This document shows, one piece after another, positions 29,758-40,300 of a DNA stretch of 60,601 bases. The translations under genes and the position numbers were made by a program. Each line of letters starts with the position of its first letter. Position 1 is the first letter of the stretch. The stretch comes from Minisyncoccia bacterium (lineage in GTDB: Bacteria > Patescibacteriota > Minisyncoccia > Phycocordibacterales > UBA918), in contig JBGSPE010000003.1 of NCBI GenBank assembly GCA_041738755.1, positions 1 to 60,601 of the forward strand. The letters are read 5' to 3'. The notes below the pieces were generated by a model that saw only the letters and a program-made list of their open reading frames with translations, did not search any database and was not told where the DNA came from.

Positions 29758-32756
29758 TATCGCGGTAGCTTCTCTACCAAATCACAATAGTGACACATCT
29801 TTGGGTCGCATGGGGCAACCAACGCCTGTCCAGAAATAATTTCTTTATACACTCTTATTAGTTCTTTTTTAAGCTCCTCTATCTCTTCATCAGTAATCAC
29901 AAATTGCTCTTCCTTTATTTCGCCGTGACTACCCGGCTCAACAAATGAAAGTACACCAGTTCGACAATGCAAAGCCGAATCTGACTGTAGCGAAAGTAGT
30001 AACGCATAGAATACCAATTGTCGTTTGTATTCACCGTTGCTGCTCGCAGTTGTTCCTTCAATGTGTCCACGAGTCTTTGGTTTGCCAGTTTTGTAATCAA
30101 CCACCTGTGTAATCAAACCGTCTCTATAATCAACCCGGTCCAAGGTACCGTTCAGTTTTAACACGGGATACTCAGGAATTCCGGTTGGCAGTTCGGCCTC
30201 AAACTTCATTTCTGTCTTACTTTCAATTGTAGCCGTTGCCAGCAAGTGATCAAGATAGACTGAGAGAATAGACAGACCTCGCTCATGCATTCTGGTGTAC
30301 TCTTCATCAGACAGAGCCTCTTGGTTCAATGACAACTTCAAAAGCTCACTCACCTGCCCTATAGATGGAACTGAACCCTTTGTAATTTCATCACGAACTA
30401 CCGTATCCAACACTGCGTGTACTGCCGTACCAAATTGTAGATTGAGTGACTTCACCTGAGGTACCCGAAGCACATTCCGGTAGAGGTACTCCCAAGGACT
30501 TTTGAGGTAGTTATTCAAAGCAGTTGGAGAGAAACCGCGGTGAGCTAAGGCCTCCAACATAAATGTTGTCGTGACTGGCAGAACAGGCAGTGGCTTCAAA
30601 TCTTGGACTGGTGAAAATTGTTGACTATACACTTCTGTACTTTTAAGACTAATCCCCGTTCCTGCCATCGTTGTCAGAAATCGTGAAGCAACTTGTTCTT
30701 TCCCCTCAGTTGAAAGGTCTGAAAGCGATAGTACCAGTCGCTTTTTAGCTCTTGTCATTGCTACATACAAGAGTCGACACTCATCGTCTTCGGCAACATC
30801 AAAATCTCCTAAGTCAGGTCGGGTAATTGGCAAGGTGAATAATTCACGAGCCTTTTTCTTACCCCAGGTCTTGTCACTGAGGTGTGGAATATAGACAAGT
30901 TCAAATTCTAACCCCTTAGACTTATGGGCGGTCATAACATGAACTGCGTCGCCACCTGAAGGAATAAATGGTGCATTGAGACTAAGGTTATATTGAATAT
31001 GTAATTCAAGCCTCCGCAAGATATCGGTAATACTTTTTACTTCTCCACGCTTGACCATACCCTCTACTTCATCAAACAATCGCCTTACTATTCGAGCTCC
31101 CTCAAACGGGTCATGCTTCATCACATACATCAGAAATCCCGAATCATGTAGGAGTTGCTCAAGAAGACGATGGGGTGCACTGGTTGATGATTCAGCTCGA
31201 ACAAAATCCAAACACTTTCCTACTCTCAAAACACTTTCAACATTCACAACACCTGCTTCGGTAAGCTCAGTTTGGTTACGAATAATGAGAGAGAGTGGCC
31301 GCCTCCGGTTTTGTTGTTGTAGTACTCGACCTAAATCTTCTACCGAAATATCCCAATATGGTTCGTGAAGTAAGCTCACAATCCCCGCTTCATCAGTTGG
31401 TTTAGCCAAACCACGAAGTAACCCAAAGACAGAACGTGTAATAGGGTGTTTTAAAATATCACTATCAGCTGAAGGAGCGACAGCGATTCCCTCTTTCCGC
31501 AAAGCGGTCGCATATTCTTCCACTTCATGATTGGTTCGAACTATAACGGTTATTTCAGATGGTGCGGTGCCGGCAGCCAAGGCAGCTTTTATGTCAGATA
31601 CGAGCCAGGCATTTTCAACTACTTCATGGGCAAAGTGAAACTGCTCTACCTCGCTCTGCTTCACGGCTTTAGCCAACAACGGTACCCGCAGAGCTTTTAA
31701 AACTTCATCATCAGTTGCAATCAAGTCTCCCGCGACATCAAGAATAGTTTGTCCTGAGCGATAGTTATCAGTGAGCGAGAGCGTGGTTGAGTCAGTGAAC
31801 GCAGTATCGAAATAGAGGAAGTTATTCAAAGAAGCGCCTTGGAAACGATAAATCGCCTGTTTCTCATCTCCCACTACAAAGAGGTTTGGTCGATCGTGAA
31901 AATTAACTAACAGTTCTAAAATTTTATTCTGACTCCCATTCACATCCTGGTGCTCATCTGCCAAGACGTACTGATATTGCTCTTGTAAATCAAGGAGCAT
32001 GTCTTGATTAGTCTCGAGTGCCTTCACTGTCTCAACAATCATGTCATCAAAGTCGTAGAGCTTGGCATCACGCAAAAGACTCTCGTAGCGGCGGTAGACC
32101 TGTAGTAGTTCTTGATTGCGGTGAAGAGCTTTCTCAGCATCTTTGTATTCGCCACGCACCTTACCCTTGTGGGCACCTTTGGTATGGAACTGCTCAATAG
32201 CAGAGAGTGACTCTGCTTGAACTTCAATCAAGTGAGCAAAGGTATCAGCGGTGATGTATTCCTGCTTCAGAGTTTGAATAGCTTTTTGAATGGGTCGGAT
32301 GTAGTAGCTTGGGTCACCAGCCGGACGAAGCGCCTTGAATGCAGGATCTTCAAGAATGCTTTCTATCATCTGCACTTTCTCCACTTCAGATGCCGGACGA
32401 CCACCGATAATCGTCGTATATGCTTCTGGATACCGGGCGATAACAGTATCAGCAAAACCATGAAAGGTATAAATCCCGACGTCATACGCCGCCTCACCAA
32501 TCAATGACTTCAATCGCTCGCGCATCGCCTTTGCACCGGAGTCTGTAAAGGTCAAAGCCAGGATATTACTTGGCTTCACATCGGTCTTCAGAAGGATATT
32601 CGCGATACGAAGGGTAAGGATCTGCGTCTTACCCGTACCCGGACCCGCAATCACCATAACTGGTCCTTCGATGGTATCGACCGCCTGCTTTTGAACGGCA
32701 TTCAACGCGCCATACGCTTCCTTAAATGCCACCTCCCCTTCAGTTTTCTTACTCAT
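29757..32756 (-). CDS. UvrD/PcrA-like SF1 helicase with a C-terminal PD-(D/E)XK (RecB/AddA/AdnAB-type) nuclease
   Basis: AGPGTGKT, DEHQD, VGDEKQAIYRFQGA, NYRS, HKSKGLEF and YVAMTRAK; C-terminal G.LDRVD..VVDYKTG..QL..Y. Confidence 0.92.
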   Translation of the reverse strand: MSKKTEGEVAFKEAYGALNAVQKQAVDTIEGPVMVIAGPGTGKTQILTLRIANILLKTDVKPSNILALTFTDSGAKAMRERLKSLIGEAAYDVGIYTFHGFADTVIARYPEAYTTIIGGRPASEVEKVQMIESILEDPAFKALRPAGDPSYYIRPIQKAIQTLKQEYITADTFAHLIEVQAESLSAIEQFHTKGAHKGKVRGEYKDAEKALHRNQELLQVYRRYESLLRDAKLYDFDDMIVETVKALETNQDMLLDLQEQYQYVLADEHQDVNGSQNKILELLVNFHDRPNLFVVGDEKQAIYRFQGASLNNFLYFDTAFTDSTTLSLTDNYRSGQTILDVAGDLIATDDEVLKALRVPLLAKAVKQSEVEQFHFAHEVVENAWLVSDIKAALAAGTAPSEITVIVRTNHEVEEYATALRKEGIAVAPSADSDILKHPITRSVFGLLRGLAKPTDEAGIVSLLHEPYWDISVEDLGRVLQQQNRRRPLSLIIRNQTELTEAGVVNVESVLRVGKCLDFVRAESSTSAPHRLLEQLLHDSGFLMYVMKHDPFEGARIVRRLFDEVEGMVKRGEVKSITDILRRLELHIQYNLSLNAPFIPSGGDAVHVMTAHKSKGLEFELVYIPHLSDKTWGKKKARELFTLPITRPDLGDFDVAEDDECRLLYVAMTRAKKRLVLSLSDLSTEGKEQVASRFLTTMAGTGISLKSTEVYSQQFSPVQDLKPLPVLPVTTTFMLEALAHRGFSPTALNNYLKSPWEYLYRNVLRVPQVKSLNLQFGTAVHAVLDTVVRDEITKGSVPSIGQVSELLKLSLNQEALSDEEYTRMHERGLSILSVYLDHLLATATIESKTEMKFEAELPTGIPEYPVLKLNGTLDRVDYRDGLITQVVDYKTGKPKTRGHIEGTTASSNGEYKRQLVFYALLLSLQSDSALHCRTGVLSFVEPGSHGEIKEEQFVITDEEIEELKKELIRVYKEIISGQALVAPCDPKMCHYCDLVEKLPR

Positions 32757-32843
32757 ATCCAACAGTATACCAGATTACCACAAATCATTGACTTTTGAGC
32801 AAATTTATGTATAATATTTATATACGTTCCTGAGGAGACGCAA

Positions 32844-32999
32844 ATGAAAACTGCTTTGATTGGTATTTTGTTGGCGGCTTTTGCTGCTATGCAACACCAC
32901 CCGAATGATAACGATATCAGCAGCTGGTGGATACTGGCAGGTATCGGCCTGGGCATGATTATCGGTCGAATCATGGGGAGTTTCAGCTACTCCAACTAA
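32844..32999 (+). CDS. Putative 51-aa hydrophobic small protein (not in the ORF track)
   Basis: MKTALIGILLAAFAAMQHHPNDNDISSWWILAGIGLGMIIGRIMGSFSYSN, with TTGACT-16-TATAAT (32788-32815), SD GAGGAG (32832-37) and a downstream hairpin. Confidence 0.65.
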   Translation: MKTALIGILLAAFAAMQHHPNDNDISSWWILAGIGLGMIIGRIMGSFSYSN

Positions 33000-33074
33000 A
33001 TTCAACCCCGCTACGACATCCCTCACGGTGCATGTCGTGCGGGGTTTCGTTTATCTACCCACATTTTAATTAGA

Positions 33075-33114
33075 CACAAAAATCTCCCTAGGGGAACCCT
33101 AGGGAGATTTTGTG
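33075..33114 (-). terminator. Terminator downstream of rpoD
   Basis: AAAATCTCCCTAGGG-GAA-CCCTAGGGAGATTTT. Confidence 0.8.
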
Positions 33115-33142
33115 AATCATAACTTAACCGAGCTTCTATTAT

Positions 33143-33267
33143 TTAAATCTTAGTAAAATCGATGAGTCACGAGGCGTGGGAGAAAAATATTATGAGGCGT
33201 ACTTCCTGTACGATGAATGATATTTTTGAACCACAACAAAGTGAATCACGATTTTAGTAAGATTTAA
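33143..33267. repeat. Palindromic element copy A (contains the rpoD stop codon)
   Basis: Long hairpin with core CGAGGCG..GAGGCGTAC-loop-GTACG-ATGA..CAACAAAG. Confidence 0.8.
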
Positions 33268-34645
33268 GACGTCGCGCTTTGTCGTGCTGGCGAATCTTCT
33301 CAAGAGCCTTCGCCTCAATCTGTCGAATACGTTCACGCGTCACACCAAACTCCTTCCCTACTTCTTCGAGTGTGTGGTACGTACCATCTAAGAGTCCATG
33401 TCGCATTTCAAGAATCTTTCGTTCTTTATCAGAAAGTGTGTCGAGAATTTCAGTAATCTGGTCAGTCAAAATACTATGAGCCACCTCCTGATCAGGTGAG
33501 GTAATCTTATCATCTGAAATGAAGTCCGAGAGTCGTGATCGATCATCATCATCTCCAACCGGTAGTTCAAGTGAGATAGTATCTTGGCTAATTTTTTCGA
33601 TTTGGTAGATCTTTTCTACTTCGACATTCATCTCAGTGGCAATCTCTTCTGGCATTGGGTCACGACCGAAGTCCTGCGCCAAACGACGTGATACTTGCTT
33701 GTACTTCGCCATCGTTTCCACCATGTGTACCGGGATACGAATGGTTCGTGACTGGTCAGCCAAGGCACGAGTAATGGCTTGGCGAATCCACCAGGTGGCG
33801 TACGTTGAGAATTTAAAGCCCTTCGTGAAGTCGAACTTATCTACTGCCTTGAAGAGGCCAAGGTTTCCTTCTTGAATGAGGTCGAGCAATGTCAGGTCTG
33901 GTGAGCGACCGACATACTTCTTGGCGATTGATACCACAAGACGTAAGTTGGCTCGAGCAAGCAGGTTACGCGCCTCATCATCACCGTCAACAATTCGCTT
34001 GGCGAGGACTCGTTCTTCGTGAGCATTCAGGAGTGGGTACTGACCGATTTCTCGTAAGTACATCTGAATTGAGTCGTAGCTACTATCACTTCGCTTGAAG
34101 CTATTTTTCTTAGCGAGGATTTCCTCGGTCCGATCTTCACCCAACATACCCCCGCTTTGGAGTACATCAATTCCAGCGATACCAAATCGCTCATAGAGTG
34201 TATCGAGAAAATCTACGTCTTTTTCAATCTCAGGGAATGAACGTAAAAGTTCATCGTAGGTAACATACCCACGCTCTTTACCAAGTTGCATCAACTCGGC
34301 AGCTTTTACTTCGAGAATTTTTTGAGCTCTGGTTGAAACAACTCGCTCTGGCTTCACTACTTTTGGTGCAGTTTTAACAGCCGGTTTTGCAACTGCTTTT
34401 TTTGCAACGGTTTTAGCCACTGGTTTAGTGGCTGATTTTACGACTTTCTTGAGGGCTTTTTTGGCAACAACAGGAGCTTTCTTTGCTACTGGCTTAACCT
34501 TTTTTGCTGGCGTCTTCTTGGCGACAACTTTTTTTGCGACCGGCTTTTTAGCTACTGCTTTCTTCGCGGGTGCTTTTTTCTTTGGTGTAACGGCTTTTTT
34601 GACCGCTTTTTTGACGACTTTTTTTGTGGCCTTTTTGGTAGCCAT
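33254..34645 (-). CDS. rpoD: Primary sigma factor sigma70 with a Lys/Ala-rich N-terminal extension
   Basis: [39 protein letters not shown] and [20 protein letters not shown]. Confidence 0.97.
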   Translation of the reverse strand: MATKKATKKVVKKAVKKAVTPKKKAPAKKAVAKKPVAKKVVAKKTPAKKVKPVAKKAPVVAKKALKKVVKSATKPVAKTVAKKAVAKPAVKTAPKVVKPERVVSTRAQKILEVKAAELMQLGKERGYVTYDELLRSFPEIEKDVDFLDTLYERFGIAGIDVLQSGGMLGEDRTEEILAKKNSFKRSDSSYDSIQMYLREIGQYPLLNAHEERVLAKRIVDGDDEARNLLARANLRLVVSIAKKYVGRSPDLTLLDLIQEGNLGLFKAVDKFDFTKGFKFSTYATWWIRQAITRALADQSRTIRIPVHMVETMAKYKQVSRRLAQDFGRDPMPEEIATEMNVEVEKIYQIEKISQDTISLELPVGDDDDRSRLSDFISDDKITSPDQEVAHSILTDQITEILDTLSDKERKILEMRHGLLDGTYHTLEEVGKEFGVTRERIRQIEAKALEKIRQHDKARRLKSY

Positions 34646-34705
34646 AATGTTCACCACTATACAGAAAATCCTTAAAATGTCCAGCTATCTTCTTCTGTCT
34701 AAGCT

Positions 34706-36445
34706 TTATGTTCCAATCATATCCACTGAATATGGTGGGAGCTTTAGCTTTGTCTCAAGCAGCTTAATTACCTCTAAAGTAGCGAGCAAAAGCGTATCAT
34801 CCTTCATTTCTTCGGCATCCTTGAGGGCTTGTTTGTGCTGAGCCAGCGAACGGCGGATTAAGGCTGTGCGGTATAAATTTAAACGTGAGAGGACTTCTTC
34901 TTGAATCATTTGAAGAGTCATTTTGGCAAACTGCTGTTCAAGGGTAAAGGTAACCCCCGCTAGCTCTGACTCAGGTATTACTTCATCAACCTCCCCTTCT
35001 GACAACTGTGCGAGTTCTTTTCTTAAAAATGAAGTCAATGGTTCTTCAGTAACCGCCAAGGCTGCTTCGAGAAATACCCGGCTACTCTGGGTCACGTCAG
35101 CTCGTTCACTAGAATCTTTTACGACCGACTCCGTAAGCTCATGGTGTGGTAAAGGACCTTGGTTGGTTTCTTCACGCAACCGGTCAAGCTCAAAACGGAC
35201 CGCTTCAGTGGTACTTTTAATCGCACTCGCCACAATCCCGACAAAATGTTCTTGGTCAATTCTATCTGGGAGTAACAGTAAAAACGGCAAAATATCAGTT
35301 CGAGTTTTTCGCTTTAACGCTCGTTCGTCTTTCTCTTCACGAGTGAGAACATGAAGGAGAAAATCAATCACATGGACCGACTTCCCAATAATCTGTTTAA
35401 ACTTCGCTGGGTCTTCTAAAATTAAATCAGCTGGGTCTTTCCCGAGCGGAATCTCAGCTACTTTGACATCAATCCCTCGCTTCAACATCAGTTCAGCCGA
35501 GCGCTTCATCGCTGCGATACCTGCCCTATCCGCATCAAGAGCAAGCACTACCCGGTCTGAGAGACGCTCTAGGAGCTGTACATGATGCAGTGTGAGCGCT
35601 GTACCAGATACAGCGACCGTATTGGTGTACCCGGCTTGATGAGACATCACCACATCAAATTGACCTTCAACAATCAGTGAAAAATTATAGGTTCTGATCC
35701 CCTGCTTGGCTTTATCATACCCGTAGAGCAACTCTGACTTTTTATAGAGCTCTGTCTCAGGTGAGTTTACATACTTTGGAGCTTCGGTGTCTTTGCTTAA
35801 GATTCGACCAGAAAATCCCACTACTTTGCACCCAGTATCACGCAGCGGAAACATAATCCGATCACGAAACACGTCGTACGGCTCTTTACCACCATCAGCT
35901 CCTTTGATTAACCCGACTTGTTGGAGTAATACTTTGGCGTAGCCTTTACCTTCAAGATGTTCTTTGACCTCTCGCCAGCCATGGTGTGGTGGTCCGGGCG
36001 CATACCCTATCTGCCAGTTTTGAATTGTCTCCGGCTTTACGCCGCGATTTGAAAGGTATTCAAGCGCTGCTTTTTCACTGCTGAGTTTATCTCCGTAAAA
36101 CGAAGTGGCGTCAGCCATTGCTGCATACCACTGCTCGCGCTCGGTTTTTTTCTTCGGGTCTTCCGCTACGAGTTCAACCCCAGCCTTTTGCGCCAACTGC
36201 TTCAAAGCCTCTTTGAAGTCGACCCCTTCCATAGCTTGAATAAAGGTAAACATGTCACCGCCTTGAGAAGTAGAAAAGCAATAGTACATCCCTCGATCTG
36301 GAGAGACATAAAATGACGGGGTTTTTTCGGCAGTAAAGGGTGACTTCCCTTTAAAGTTCTTCCCTGCTCGGTGTAACTCTACATACGGAGAAATTACGTC
36401 CAAAATACTGATTCTATCTTTAATCTGTTGCACCGCATCATTCAT
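34706..36445 (-). CDS. dnaG: DNA primase
   Basis: EKTPSF, FRDRIMFP, KYVNSPET, VEGQFD, TOPRIM D.D.AG and KDPAD. Confidence 0.96.
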   Translation of the reverse strand: MNDAVQQIKDRISILDVISPYVELHRAGKNFKGKSPFTAEKTPSFYVSPDRGMYYCFSTSQGGDMFTFIQAMEGVDFKEALKQLAQKAGVELVAEDPKKKTEREQWYAAMADATSFYGDKLSSEKAALEYLSNRGVKPETIQNWQIGYAPGPPHHGWREVKEHLEGKGYAKVLLQQVGLIKGADGGKEPYDVFRDRIMFPLRDTGCKVVGFSGRILSKDTEAPKYVNSPETELYKKSELLYGYDKAKQGIRTYNFSLIVEGQFDVVMSHQAGYTNTVAVSGTALTLHHVQLLERLSDRVVLALDADRAGIAAMKRSAELMLKRGIDVKVAEIPLGKDPADLILEDPAKFKQIIGKSVHVIDFLLHVLTREEKDERALKRKTRTDILPFLLLLPDRIDQEHFVGIVASAIKSTTEAVRFELDRLREETNQGPLPHHELTESVVKDSSERADVTQSSRVFLEAALAVTEEPLTSFLRKELAQLSEGEVDEVIPESELAGVTFTLEQQFAKMTLQMIQEEVLSRLNLYRTALIRRSLAQHKQALKDAEEMKDDTLLLATLEVIKLLETKLKLPPYSVDMIGT

Positions 36446-36539
36446 GTAAGACTAGTATACCGTGATGGATGAAAAGCTCTAAATACTTGATTTTTCTTAG
36501 TGTCGTGGTATTTTCGATACGGAAGCAATGGAGGTATGT

Positions 36540-36905
36540 ATGGCGTGCAGTGTAACATTCACTGTCTGGCCAACCCGCCGACAGTTTCAAGTAAACGTTA
36601 CAAAAGACTTTCAAGAATTTGAACGAATCTATCAATCAGCCCATCTTGAAGCGGCTATTGTATCTGCAAGTTATAGCGTCGAAACGTACATCACGATAGA
36701 ACAAAGTCTAGAGCGATGCACATTTAAGTCTGAAGAATATCTTAATCCCCGTTCACCACTTCGAATAATCATGAGTAGTGGTACCATTCGTTCGTATTGG
36801 AGTTTTGAAACTCGTTCGTGGTATCCACTACCTCTAGATTTAGAAGTTGATGAGGGCTACATAATTGCACGTAGAATGCTGCCACCACCAAAGAAACCAG
36901 TCTAG
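36540..36905 (+). CDS. Hypothetical protein (orphan cassette)
   Basis: ORF with SD GGAGGT (36530-35) and a downstream hairpin followed by TTTCGTTTTTT. Confidence 0.55.
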   Translation: MACSVTFTVWPTRRQFQVNVTKDFQEFERIYQSAHLEAAIVSASYSVETYITIEQSLERCTFKSEEYLNPRSPLRIIMSSGTIRSYWSFETRSWYPLPLDLEVDEGYIIARRMLPPPKKPV

Positions 36906-37003
36906 TACCCCACAGAAGCCCCATGCGCTTGTGTGGGGTTTCGTTTTTTATGTTGTGTCTATGGTTATTTTATGTAGAATCAAGCGAGACTGTGAGGTGA
37001 TGT

Positions 37004-37201
37004 ATGAAATACAAAAGCTTTTTACTGGCTCAGACTGCACTATGGCACCCCTGGCCACGTTTCCTTATAATGGAGATTGAATCAGAATGTAACCGAGAGG
37101 AGCCTTGGGATGGCTGGTTTGGATATGACTTCTCTTCTTTCCGTGACCACAATCATCTTCTACCTCAAAAGCCCACATCAGCGAGCCGCACGGCTCGCTG
37201 A
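37004..37201 (+). CDS. Hypothetical small protein (orphan)
   Basis: 65-aa ORF preceded by GAGGTGA and followed by hairpins. Confidence 0.35.
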   Translation: MKYKSFLLAQTALWHPWPRFLIMEIESECNREEPWDGWFGYDFSSFRDHNHLLPQKPTSASRTAR

Positions 37202-37212
37202 TTTTTTAATGC

Positions 37213-37244
37213 AAAAAGCCGGCCCCGAAGGGGCCGGCTTTTTG
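37213..37244. terminator. Bidirectional terminator (rpoC and orphan gene)
   Basis: AAAAAGCCGGCCCC-GAA-GGGGCCGGCTTTTT. Confidence 0.85.
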
Positions 37245-37259
37245 TTTTCTAGTTTTCTC

Positions 37260-37386
37260 TAAGGCTTCTTAAAATCGATAAGATGCGAGGCGCTCGAAGC
37301 AAATTGTGCCGAGTCGTACGTGATGTACGGTGAGCGCCAATTTGACTGAAGAGCAACAAAGCAGATTGCGATTTAAAGGAGTCTTA
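37260..37386. repeat. Palindromic element copy B (contains the rpoC stop codon)
   Basis: Core CGAGGCG..GAGTCGTAC-loop-GTACG-GTGA..CAACAAAG within a long hairpin. Confidence 0.8.
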
Positions 37387-40300
37387 TTGCTTCGCTTGCA
37401 TGTCCGCAATCATGTCATACTTCGCACTCCCTTGGAAACCAGTTCCAGCTGGGATGAGCTTTCCGATGATGACGTTTTCCATAAGTCCGGCAAGATTGTC
37501 ACTACTTCCCTTTACGGCAGCATTGATCAATACGCGAGTCGTGTTTTGGAATGATGCAGCTGAGAGGAAGCTCTTTCGTGAAAGTGATGTTTCGGTGATT
37601 CCTAGAATCAATCGATCGCCCTTCGCGAGTTCTTTTCCTTCGGCCTTGAGCTTGTTGTTTGCTTCAACAATAATCCACTCTTCGACAATTTCACCAATCG
37701 TGAAATTACTGTCTCCTCGATGAGTAATCTTCATGCGAGTCATCATCTGCTTCACAATCAATTCGATATGCTTTCGTGAGATGGTTACACCTTGGAGTTC
37801 GTAAATCTTATTTACTTCAGAAATGATGTAATCCTGAGTCACTTCTTGTCCACCGTATTTGAAGAGTTCAGGCAAGAGCGCAGAACCGTCAGTCAAGAGT
37901 TGTCCGGCAATGACTGAGTCACCCTTTGAGACGGCAGTGACACGACGGTAGTGTACTCCATATTCAATATTGTCAGCTTTCTTTGGAGCACCCTTCGCGC
38001 CCATGTCTGGTGCAACCACAATCACCTTCTCACGTCCTTCAGTTCGAATGTCAGTTACAACACCGTCACACTTAGAAACGACAGCTGGAATCTTTGGTTG
38101 TCGTTTTTCAAAGACTTCTTCTACACGAGGAAGACCTTGGGTTACGTCTCCTCCGACTGACGCCGCTCCTCCAGCGTGCTTGGTGTTCATCGTCAGCTGT
38201 GTTCCTGGTTCACCAATCGCTTGTGCAGCCACTGTTCCTACCGCTTCTCCAATATCAACCAGCTTGTTCTTTGTGAGGTCGATACCGTAACACTGCTGAC
38301 AGACTCCTCGCAGGGTCTTACAGGTCATTGGTGAACGTACCACCACTGATGAACAGGTAGTACCTTCAACTGCAATCGCATCACGTCGTGAGACGAGGTG
38401 CCCCTTCTTGAAGAGCACTACTCCCTTTCCGTCTACCGCATCTTCGGCGAGGATACGTCCCTTGATTGCCTTTGAGAAGGCAATTTCAATTCCTGAGGCT
38501 GATACTCGACTGATGGTTGTTCCACTCTTCGTCTTACAATCAGCTTCAGTCACAATCGCGTCTTGCGCAACCACGAAGAGTCGTCGAGTAAGGTATCCAG
38601 CCTTGGCAGTTTGAAGCGCCGTGTCAGCGAGACCCTTACGCGAACCGTGAGTCGTGTTGAAGTATTCAATTGGTGTCATACCTTCCTTCATAGAAGAGAG
38701 TACAGGGAACTCAAGAGTCTCTCCTCGAGTGTTAACAATAAGTCCCTTCATACCTGCCATCTGGGCAATTTGTCCGAGTGAGCCTCTAGCACCCGACTTC
38801 CACATTTCGTAGGCAGAACCGTTTTCACTCAAGGTGCTTGGAAGCACCTTTTCGATTTCAGTCTTGGCTCGGTGCCAGATTTCAATAATCATCCGACGTC
38901 GCTCATCACGTGAAAGTAACCCTTCATCGTAGTGTTCAATAATCTGTCGCTCTTCTTCACGTGAGGCTTCGATGATAGCAGCTTTCTCCTTTGGCACGAC
39001 TACTTCGTCGATTCCCCAGGTTACACCTGACTTCGTTGCATACTTGAAACCAAATTTCTTCAGCTTATCGACAATTGGTGGTACCGCTTGAGTTCCTCTA
39101 TCATCGATGATTTCGATGATGATTTGGAAGAGGGTTTTTTGGACTGCCACATCATTGATGAATGGGTAGTCACTTGGAAGCACTGAGTTGAAGAGAAGTC
39201 GTCCAACTGAGGTTTCAAAAATACCACTTTCGTATTGAGCGTACTTTGGTGTGTCGGTTGCAAGCACCTTTACCTTGGCTCGGAAGTCGATAACATCGTA
39301 GTCGAAAGCATTGATAGCATCATTTGGTGAAGCAAAAAACTTCCCTTCACCCTTTGCGCCATCAATTATCTTCGTCATCCAGTAGGCACCAAGAGCCATA
39401 TCAAGCAACTTTTCAGACACGACTGGTTCACTTGAACCTGGCTTGAGAATGTTGTTGTTTGCAGAAATAATTTCCTTCGCTTCAAGTTGTGCCTCATCTG
39501 AGAGTGGTACGTGTACCGCCATCTGGTCACCGTCGAAGTCAGCGTTGAACGCTCGACACACGAGTGGGTGCACCTGAATCGCGTTACCTTCAATCAATAC
39601 TGGTCGGAAGGCTTGAATACCTTGTCGGTGCAGTGTCGGTGCTCGGTTTAGGAGTACGTACTTATGCTTGATAACGTTTTCAAGAATGGCCCATACTTCC
39701 GGCACTCCGTCTTCAATCAAACGCCCTGCGCCACGGATGTTGTATGCCAACTCTTGCTTCAAGAGCTCAGCCACCACAAATGGTCGGAAGAGTTCAAGCG
39801 CCATGTGCTTTGGTAGACCACATTGGTCAAGAGCCAATTCCGGACCAATGATAATTACTGAACGTCCAGAGTAGTCCACACGCTTTCCAAGCAGGTTTTG
39901 ACGGAAGTATCCTTGCTTACTCTTAAGGTAGTCTGAGAGTGACTTCAATGGTCGGCGTTGTGCCTGACTCATGACTGAGTATGCACCACCACCGTGTCGG
40001 ATTGAGTTGTCGATGAGGGCATCAACCGCTTCTTGCAAGATACGCTTTTCGTTTCGCAAGATAACGTCTGGTGCTTGAATATCAATCAACTTCTTCAAAC
40101 GATTGTTTCGGTTGATAACCCGTCGGTACAAGTCATTAAGGTCAGAAGACGCGTGCCGTCCTCCTTCAAGCGCAACCATTGGTCGAATCGCTGGTGGTAC
40201 TACTGGGATACGGGTAAGGAACAACCACTCTGGTCGTACGCCCGCGTTTAGCATCCCACGAATAAGTGAGAGTCGTTTATCGAGCTTGGCTCGTTCCATC

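Noticed and set aside
32753-33026. Two 73-aa minus-strand ORFs
   Set aside because: They are antisense shadows of the + strand 51-aa ORF, which has a promoter, SD and terminator.
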